Source: Dimorphilus gyrociliatus
Lineage: Eukaryota > Animalia > Annelida
DNA length: 64,000 nt
NCBI GenBank assembly: GCA_904063045.1
Contig: CAJFCJ010000001.1
Span: 1,798,001-1,862,000, forward strand
Direction of reading: 5' to 3'
Below, one piece after another: positions 63,972-64,000 of the stretch. Position 1 is the first letter of the stretch, and every line of letters starts with the position of its first letter. The translations under genes and the position numbers were made by a program. Below the pieces are notes generated by a model that was given only the letters and a program-made list of their open reading frames with translations, searched no databases and was not told the DNA's origin.

Positions 63972-64000
63972 CTAGAACAAAGTAATTTCAAATAAAAATC

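Noticed and set aside
1-64000. Prokaryotic defence island, CRISPR array, tRNA/rRNA genes or transposons
   Set aside because: The DNA is clearly spliceosomal-intron-containing metazoan sequence. I saw no regularly spaced repeats, cloverleaf or rRNA motifs, transposase/RT ORFs or terminal repeats.

Overview
This is AT-rich, gene-dense eukaryotic DNA from a metazoan with a compact genome. It holds about 22 protein-coding genes in 64 kb, mostly with GT-AG introns of about 50-65 nt. I found no recognisable transposon, tRNA, rRNA or CRISPR array. Many short ORFs in the track are exons running into introns. Gene order: ACAD (-), CARNMT1 (+), BTB-BACK-Kelch (+), HAP2/GCS1 (+), LRRC46-like (-), GTDC1 (+), mitofusin (-), TMC (+), a degenerate locus (-), intronless two-domain glycosyltransferase-like gene (-), GPR155 (+), aquaporin (+), ALDH16 (-), IFT57 (+), INPP5K-like (-), DUF288/STELLO-like (+), NCoR (-), PSMB5 (+), TXNDC17 (-), C2H2 zinc finger (+), CARD-coiled-coil-Death-domain gene (-), IPPK (-), partial spastin (-). 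The architecture fits a small invertebrate genome, possibly lophotrochozoan or annelid; this is inference and the species is not determined. Top observations: (1) an animal HAP2/GCS1 gamete fusogen whose reading frame appears to need a non-canonical GA-AG intron (7994-8101); (2) a roughly 742-aa CARD-coiled-coil-Death-domain adaptor that I cannot match to a known architecture; (3) a Kelch protein with a hidden Cys-Pro N-terminus built from phase-1 mini-exons, directly upstream of HAP2; (4) an acyl-CoA dehydrogenase with Asp instead of Glu at the catalytic position. Exon models were built by hand and need RNA-seq confirmation.
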